Source: Candidatus Kaiserbacteria bacterium
GTDB lineage: Bacteria > Patescibacteriota > Minisyncoccia > Phycocordibacterales > Phycocordibacteraceae
Length of the DNA stretch: 64,000 bases
Assembly (NCBI GenBank): GCA_016182485.1
Contig: JACPGH010000006.1
Location: forward strand, 90,461-154,460
Direction of reading: 5' to 3'
Of this stretch, positions 58,646 to 64,000 are shown in pieces; the first letter of the stretch is position 1; every line of letters begins with the position of its first letter. Made by a program: the position numbers and the translations under genes. The notes under the pieces are model-generated. The model saw only the letters and a program-made list of their open reading frames with translations. It did not search any database and was not told where the DNA came from.

Positions 58646-59011
58646 TTATTCAGCTGCGGCCTCTTCAGTTTGCTCTGTAGCGGGAGTTTCTGCTGGCGCC
58701 TTTTCAGTTCTAGGAGTTTCAGCTATTACTTTATTCTCTAAGACCTTCGAAGGTATGACATTAACCTTCTTCCCAGAGAGTACTCCCTTATCGATAAGGA
58801 GATTATGAACAGAGTCGGTAGCCTGTGCGCCCTTCGCTAGCCATTCCTTCACACGCTCTCCGTTTATTGTTGCCACTTTACTCTTCGGGTTATACGTGCC
58901 GAGAAGCTCTACGACGTTCCCTGCCTTGGCGGCTCGCTCTTTCTCGAGAACGACTATACGAAACGCCGGGTCGTTCCTGCGGCCGGTTCTCTGGAATCGG
59001 ATCATTAGCAT
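58646..59011 (-). CDS. rpsP: 30S ribosomal protein S16
   Basis: MIRFQRTGRRNDPAFRIVV aligns with S16 (IRLxRxGxKKRPFYxIVV). The ORF runs to 59020; the start is ambiguous between M4 (59011) and M6 (59005). Confidence 0.85.
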   Translation of the reverse strand: MLMIRFQRTGRRNDPAFRIVVLEKERAAKAGNVVELLGTYNPKSKVATINGERVKEWLAKGAQATDSVHNLLIDKGVLSGKKVNVIPSKVLENKVIAETPRTEKAPAETPATEQTEEAAAE

Positions 59012-59043
59012 GACCCGCAAACTATAGCAGAACTCGAAATATA

Positions 59044-61080
59044 TTGCTAGAGTACAACAAAATGCCGACAGGCAAGACGTACGAGGGCCCTATCACGATA
59101 ACCCGCAGCGGGATAGGATTTTTCCCGTTGTCGGGCGGGACTAGCCGGGATAAGAGTACGGATCTTATTATCCCGGCGGAGTGGACTGGGCATGCTCTCT
59201 CTGGCGATATCGTGAAGATCGTCCCAGCAGGTACCTACCGCGATCCAGCCGGACGAATGCCTCCGCGCGCGGCCGGAAAGGTCGCAGAGATCGTTTCGCG
59301 CGCCCGCGAAACGTTTGTGGGCACGCTCATTGAGCAGGAAGGAGCGGTATTGCTTTCCCCGGATTACAAAAAAATGCACCTGCCGATCGAGGTGCGTCCC
59401 TCGCAAAAGCTCGGGACGATCGGCGATGCGCCGATCGGATACAAAGTGCTCGTGCGGATGAGGGGCTGGGACGCAAATGCGCCCTACCCTTGGGGCGTGG
59501 TCGAAGAAGTAATCGGCAAGGCAGGCGTACACGAGACCGAAATGCGGGCCCTCGCGCTCGGGCAAGGGTTTTCGTCTGACTTCCCTCCCGGCGTTCTCGC
59601 GGATGTCAAATATCTTGAAGAGCACGGGCGCGCGATACTGGAAAAAGAAGCGCAAAATTCGAAACGCCGTGATTTCAGGGATATTCCCACTTGCACTATC
59701 GACCCGTTCGATGCGAAGGATTTCGACGACGCGCTCTCCGTGCGCCCGCTCGCGGGCGGGAATATCGAGGTGGGCATCCATATCGCGGATGTCTCCTTTT
59801 TCGTTACTCCCGAAAGCGCGCTCGACAAGGAAGCTCGCGAGCGGGCGACCTCAGTCTACCTGGTCGACCGTACCATTCCGATGCTTCCGGAAGTGCTGTC
59901 GAATGATCTATGTTCGCTAAAGCCGAACGAAGACCGCCTCGCCGTCTCTGCGGTGTTCACCCTCGACGCCGAGGCTCACATCGTAGAAAGCTGGTTCGGC
60001 GAGACGGTTATACATTCGAACAAGCGCTTCACGTACGAGGAAGCGCAGGAAGTTCTCGATCGCGGGGACGGTACGATGCATAGAGAGCTGTCGCTCCTGC
60101 TCGCTCTCTCGAAGAAAATCCGCGCGAAGCGCCAGGCCAAAGGCGCGATCGAATTCGATACCGCCGAGGTGAAAGTGGAGCTCGATGCCGACGGCCGGCC
60201 GATAGCGATCCGTCTCAAGGAACGGAAAGCGACGAACCTCTTGATCGAGGATTTCATGCTGTTGGCTAACGAAGCTGTAGCGAAGCATCTGGCCGCGCTG
60301 ACCGAAAACGGCGGCCCGCACTTCTATTCGCTCTATCGCATCCACGACGCGCCGGACGCCGATCGCATCGAAAATCTTTCCCACCTTCTGCGAATCATGG
60401 GCTACCAGCTGAAAACAGCCGGGGGGAAAGTTTCGGGAGCCGAGCTGAACAGACTGCTCGAGTCGGTGAAGGGCAAGCCCGAAGAATACCTCGTCAAGAC
60501 GGCAACGCTGCGCTCAATGAGCAAAGCAGTATACGCGACGCAGAATATCGGTCACTTCGGGCTCGCCTTCGATTTCTACACGCACTTCACCTCTCCGATC
60601 CGCCGCTATCCCGATCTGGTCATACACCGCCTGCTCAAAGCGCACGCGGGCCTTCGCCTCGCCGGAGCGGGCTTCGGCCACGCGCAGGCGGGCGGCGCGC
60701 CGATCTCGGAAGAAGAAATGCGGGACTTTGACGCGCTCGCCCTGCACGCTTCCGAACGCGAAGTCGCGGCGGCGGAGGCGGAGCGCGATTCTATAAAGAT
60801 GAAGCAGGTAGAGTTTCTCGCCGGGCGCATCGGCGAGGAATTTGACGCAGTTATTTCCGGCGTCACCGACCGGGGTTTGTATGTGGAAGAGAAAGAAACG
60901 CACGCCGACGGCATGATACGCATCCAAAACGTCGGAGACGATTATTTCGAATACGACGAGAAGCACTACCGACTCGTCGGCCGCCGCACGAAGAAGGCAT
61001 TTCAGCTCGGAGACCCCATCCGCGTTAAATTGATCGCCGCGCGCGTCCCTGAAAAAGAACTGGATTTCGTCCCAGTGTGA
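59044..61080 (+). CDS. rnr: Ribonuclease R (RNB family 3'-5' exoribonuclease)
   Basis: Cold-shock/OB N-terminus, an RNB catalytic domain (DPFDAKDFDDALSV...HIADVSFFV) and a C-terminal S1 domain. Confidence 0.9.
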   Translation: MLEYNKMPTGKTYEGPITITRSGIGFFPLSGGTSRDKSTDLIIPAEWTGHALSGDIVKIVPAGTYRDPAGRMPPRAAGKVAEIVSRARETFVGTLIEQEGAVLLSPDYKKMHLPIEVRPSQKLGTIGDAPIGYKVLVRMRGWDANAPYPWGVVEEVIGKAGVHETEMRALALGQGFSSDFPPGVLADVKYLEEHGRAILEKEAQNSKRRDFRDIPTCTIDPFDAKDFDDALSVRPLAGGNIEVGIHIADVSFFVTPESALDKEARERATSVYLVDRTIPMLPEVLSNDLCSLKPNEDRLAVSAVFTLDAEAHIVESWFGETVIHSNKRFTYEEAQEVLDRGDGTMHRELSLLLALSKKIRAKRQAKGAIEFDTAEVKVELDADGRPIAIRLKERKATNLLIEDFMLLANEAVAKHLAALTENGGPHFYSLYRIHDAPDADRIENLSHLLRIMGYQLKTAGGKVSGAELNRLLESVKGKPEEYLVKTATLRSMSKAVYATQNIGHFGLAFDFYTHFTSPIRRYPDLVIHRLLKAHAGLRLAGAGFGHAQAGGAPISEEEMRDFDALALHASEREVAAAEAERDSIKMKQVEFLAGRIGEEFDAVISGVTDRGLYVEEKETHADGMIRIQNVGDDYFEYDEKHYRLVGRRTKKAFQLGDPIRVKLIAARVPEKELDFVPV

Positions 61081-61153
61081 AGGTCTGACCTTCACACGCA
61101 TTTTATCCTTATAAATGCTCAAAAACAGCCTGTGAAGGTCTGACCTTCACAGG
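61075..61153. repeat. Pair of palindromic repeat elements, locus D (61075-61097 overlapping the rnr stop; 61129-61153)
   Basis: GTGTGAAGGTCTGACCTTCACAC includes the rnr TGA (61078-61080). CCTGTGAAGGTCTGACCTTCACAGG follows 31 nt later. They sit between the convergent rnr and smc-like 3' ends. Confidence 0.85.
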
Positions 61154-61171
61154 CTCGTCGGTCGTTTGAAA

Positions 61172-63382
61172 TCATTTCGCCACCGCGACCGCTTCGTCGA
61201 ATTTGACGGATAATAACTTGCTGACGCCGTCGTTGCCCATCGTTACGCCGTAGAGGATATTCGTGCGGCTCATGGTCTCGCGGTTGTGCGTAATGACGAT
61301 AAGCTGCGATTTCCTCGCTAAGTTTTCGATCATGTCGCCGTAGCGGCGGCTATTCGCTTCGTCGAGTGCCGCGTCGGTCTCGTCGAGTATGAGGAACGGG
61401 GGCGGGTTCACCTGGCTCATCGCGAATATGAGAGCGATGGAGGTAAGCGCGCGCTCTCCGCCGGAGAGTTGCATTAGCGAGCGTATCTTCTTTTTAGGAA
61501 GGTTCACTGCTATCTCGATGCCCGGCCTAATTTTTTCTACTTCCATTCCCTCGTCGTATGGCTCCTCGGGATCTCCGCCTTCGGCTTCGACTTCCGGTTC
61601 TTCGAGCGCGAGCCGCGCACCGCCTCCGCCGAACATGAGCGCGAAGTATTCGCTGAACGAAGCGTTCACTTTTGAGAGGCCTTCGGAGAAGTGCTTCGTT
61701 AGCTCCGTATCCAAGTCGTCGATCAACGCCTTCAGCGCGGCCGCCGACCGAGACAAGTCCTCTAGTTCGCGCGCAAGGAACGTCTCGCGCGCAGAGACTT
61801 CTTTGTGCTCTTGGCGAATTTCTTCCCCAGTGCCGCCCGCCTCTTCAAGGCGTATCTTCAAGCGCTCGAGCGACTTCTTACGCTCTTCCTGCACCTTCCG
61901 CTCTTCAGGCGGCAGCTCCGCAACCGGCCTATACGAGACTGCTGCCGGACCGGCGAGGGCGAGTACCTCCGCCTTATCTCGTTCGAGCGTTTCGGACAGC
62001 ATAGAAAATTCGAACTCGCGTGCCTCTGCGCGCGCAATTTCTGTTTCTTCACGCGCCTTCGCTTGCGCCGAATCGAGGATCCGGCGCCGTACCTCGCGAT
62101 CGGTTTCCTCAACGGCAACCATTGCGTCTCGCACCCGCGCGCGCGCCGCTTCCGCCCTTTCGAGCGATTCGGAGATCTCCGTATATTTATTATTGAGCGA
62201 ATCGCGTTCCGCTTCGAGCTTAAGCGCCGATTCTTCTTCGTCCGAAAAGACATCGCTCTGCGAAGCGCCGTGCCGCAGGAAGAACGACTTGATGGCCGTC
62301 CGCACAGCCTCTAGTGCGGCACCAATGCTTTCAACCGTCATGCCGGCGCGTTCTGCCTGCCGCTCGCTCTCGTCGCGAAGCGCGACGATCTCTTCACGCG
62401 GCACCTTTGCATATGGCTCGCGGGCAATAGCCTGCGCGCGGCGCTTTACTTCGACGAGGGCGCCTTCCACGCGCCCCATCTCCCGAGAAAGTGCCGCGCG
62501 TTCGCTCGACAGCACGGATACGTCGCTTTCCGCTTTGCGCAGCGCTTCCGCGCGTTCGATGGTTTCTTTATCCGCGAGCTTAGGGTCGGCAACCCGGTCC
62601 AGTTCGGCGCTTACGATCGCGAGCCGTTCGGAAGCGCCGCGCTTCTCGAACTGCGTTTGCTCCTTTCCCTTGGACAGGAACGCATCTTCTATCGCGAAAT
62701 ATGTCTGGCAAAGGGCGGCGAGGTCGGCGCGGAGCGCGTCCGTGCGCTCGAGCTTCTTTACCTGACTCTCGAGAAACCGCAAATGCGGCGCGAGCTCGCG
62801 ACGGAGCGACTCCACTTGGGCGATATTCGCATCAGTCTTCTCCAGCTTTTTTTCGGCCTCTTGCTTCTTAAATTCATAGATCTTCAGCCCGAGCGCGTCC
62901 TCGAGCATTTCGCGGCGCTCGCGAGGCGAGGCCAAGAGAATGCGGTCCGCCTCGCCCTGCGAGATGATGTGGTGCCCGGTCTCGCCGATGTTCGCGCCGG
63001 CCAGAAGCTCCTCAATGTCGCGCAGGCGCACCTTCGAGCCGTTGATCGCGTAATCGCTCGTCCCGTCCCGGAACACAGTCCGCTCAATTGCCACTTCGTT
63101 GAAATCTATATTGAAAAAATGCCCGGAATTATCAAAAACGATAGTCACTGACCCGCGCGAAGCGCGCGGAGAGACATTCGAGCCATTCCAGATGAGGTCC
63201 TCCGCCCGCTTGCCGCGCATACTCTTCATCGACTGCTCGCCCAAGGCGAAACGGAATGCTTCGGCAACGTTCGATTTGCCTGACCCGTTCGGTCCTACGA
63301 TTGCCGTTGTCGCATTCGAAAAGTCCAAGACCGTTTTTTTGGCGAACGATTTAAATCCGACTATCTCAAGCCGCTTGAGCAT
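61172..63382 (-). CDS. smc: SMC-family chromosome segregation ATPase (shortened, 736 aa)
   Basis: N-terminus MLKRLEIVGFKSFAKKTVLDFSNATTAIVGPNGSGKSN, a long coiled coil, and C-terminal LSGGERALTSIALIFA...LILDETDAALD. Confidence 0.75.
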   Translation of the reverse strand: MLKRLEIVGFKSFAKKTVLDFSNATTAIVGPNGSGKSNVAEAFRFALGEQSMKSMRGKRAEDLIWNGSNVSPRASRGSVTIVFDNSGHFFNIDFNEVAIERTVFRDGTSDYAINGSKVRLRDIEELLAGANIGETGHHIISQGEADRILLASPRERREMLEDALGLKIYEFKKQEAEKKLEKTDANIAQVESLRRELAPHLRFLESQVKKLERTDALRADLAALCQTYFAIEDAFLSKGKEQTQFEKRGASERLAIVSAELDRVADPKLADKETIERAEALRKAESDVSVLSSERAALSREMGRVEGALVEVKRRAQAIAREPYAKVPREEIVALRDESERQAERAGMTVESIGAALEAVRTAIKSFFLRHGASQSDVFSDEEESALKLEAERDSLNNKYTEISESLERAEAARARVRDAMVAVEETDREVRRRILDSAQAKAREETEIARAEAREFEFSMLSETLERDKAEVLALAGPAAVSYRPVAELPPEERKVQEERKKSLERLKIRLEEAGGTGEEIRQEHKEVSARETFLARELEDLSRSAAALKALIDDLDTELTKHFSEGLSKVNASFSEYFALMFGGGGARLALEEPEVEAEGGDPEEPYDEGMEVEKIRPGIEIAVNLPKKKIRSLMQLSGGERALTSIALIFAMSQVNPPPFLILDETDAALDEANSRRYGDMIENLARKSQLIVITHNRETMSRTNILYGVTMGNDGVSKLLSVKFDEAVAVAK

Positions 63383-63460
63383 TCTTTATATTGTATCAAA
63401 ACGAAACGTTCGCGACTTGCCTACAAACAGAGGACGCCGACCGGAAGACCGGTCGGCGCG

Positions 63461-64000
63461 TTACCACCCCATCTTGTCAAGCCCTGCAACTGCGGCTTTC
63501 TGCTCGGCTTCCTGCTTGCTCGCCCCCTCTCCGCGCGCGACTTCCTCGCGTCCGACAAAGAGACCGACGGTGAAAAGCTTCGCGTGATCGGGGCCTTCTT
63601 CCGACAGGGTCTCGTAATTGGGCGTGACGCCGCGCTTATCCTGCGCCATTTCTTGAAAACGGCTCTTGGCGTCCTGGTAAGCGCGCGTCGTGATCACTTC
63701 GTCAATCTTCGGAAACAGGTTCTGCACGATAAAAGCTTCGGCCGCGGCATACCCTTGATCCAAATATATCGCTCCGATGACCGCCTCAAACGCGTCTGCG
63801 AGGATGACGTCGCGCGCGCGCCCCGTATCCCGCGCTTCTCCCTTGGAGAGCAGGAGGCACTCGTTCAAGTCGAGCGCCCGGGCGCTCTCCGCGAGCGAAG
63901 ACGTATTTACGAGCGCAGCGCGGTAGCTCGTAAGCTCGCCTTCCGGCTTCGCCGGGAATTTCTTGAATAGAAAATCCGTGGCCGCGAGCTCGAGGACGGC
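63461..64000 (-). CDS. rnc: Ribonuclease III (partial; N-terminus beyond the window edge)
   Basis: Catalytic signature (...LELAATDFLFKKFPAKPEGELTSYRAALVNTSSLA...) and a C-terminal dsRBD (KDAKSRFQEMAQ...ASKQEAEQKAA). The frame stays open to position 64000. Confidence 0.8.
   Translation of the reverse strand, partial: AVLELAATDFLFKKFPAKPEGELTSYRAALVNTSSLAESARALDLNECLLLSKGEARDTGRARDVILADAFEAVIGAIYLDQGYAAAEAFIVQNLFPKIDEVITTRAYQDAKSRFQEMAQDKRGVTPNYETLSEEGPDHAKLFTVGLFVGREEVARGEGASKQEAEQKAAVAGLDKMGW

Noticed and set aside
63461-63868. ORF-track start (TTG 'M') of the RNase III fragment
   Set aside because: The frame remains open upstream and encodes the RNase III catalytic signature. The gene is partial at the window edge and does not start at 63868.

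Overview
This 64-kb window is a high-GC (about 60%) bacterial chromosomal segment dominated by housekeeping genes on both strands. Recognisable genes include uvrB, tgt, dnaX, a Dus-family tRNA-dihydrouridine synthase, serS, dprA, topA, a short Rel/SpoT homologue, parB, prmC, hisS, purN, the dnaG-rpoD operon, rpoC-rpoB, an rpsP-KH-trmD operon, rnr, a shortened SMC-like ATPase and a partial rnc at the window edge. Two tRNAs are present: tRNA-Gln(UUG) and tRNA-Leu(CAA). Several universal proteins are unusually short (DnaX 351 aa, RpoB 1061 aa, Rel 526 aa, SMC-like 736 aa), which suggests a streamlined genome, possibly Patescibacteria/CPR-like; this is inference only. No transposase, integrase, CRISPR array or rRNA is visible.

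Features worth a second look:
1. A family of 21-nt-core palindromic elements, always in pairs at four intergenic loci (8 copies). Their flanks differ but stay complementary, consistent with a REP/MITE-like structured element.
2. Two other long palindromes lie in-frame inside CDSs: a 43-nt perfect palindrome in a TraD/VirD4-like ATPase gene, and a 38-nt palindrome in dus that has a near-identical intergenic copy beside the tRNAs.
3. A cell-envelope locus holds a 925-aa surface protein with an IPFTG motif directly before its single TM helix and a 230-aa cytoplasmic tail, together with a sortase, an FKBP foldase, a CARDB-like protein and a secreted protein.
4. About 530 bp between dsbA-like and purN has a promoter-like element, an orphan Shine-Dalgarno (SD) sequence and a canonical terminator but no ORF.
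5. A strong terminator and direct/inverted half-sites sit just upstream of prmC.
6. A tandem trio of small hypothetical genes is each followed by a GCGGCCGG...CCGGCCGC hairpin, and two of the genes share a PLQFGNL motif.
7. A tRNA-like T-arm/acceptor element follows tRNA-Leu.
8. A low-GC single-gene island encodes a membrane protein.
9. A 24-aa NUDIX N-terminal remnant carries a perfect SD.
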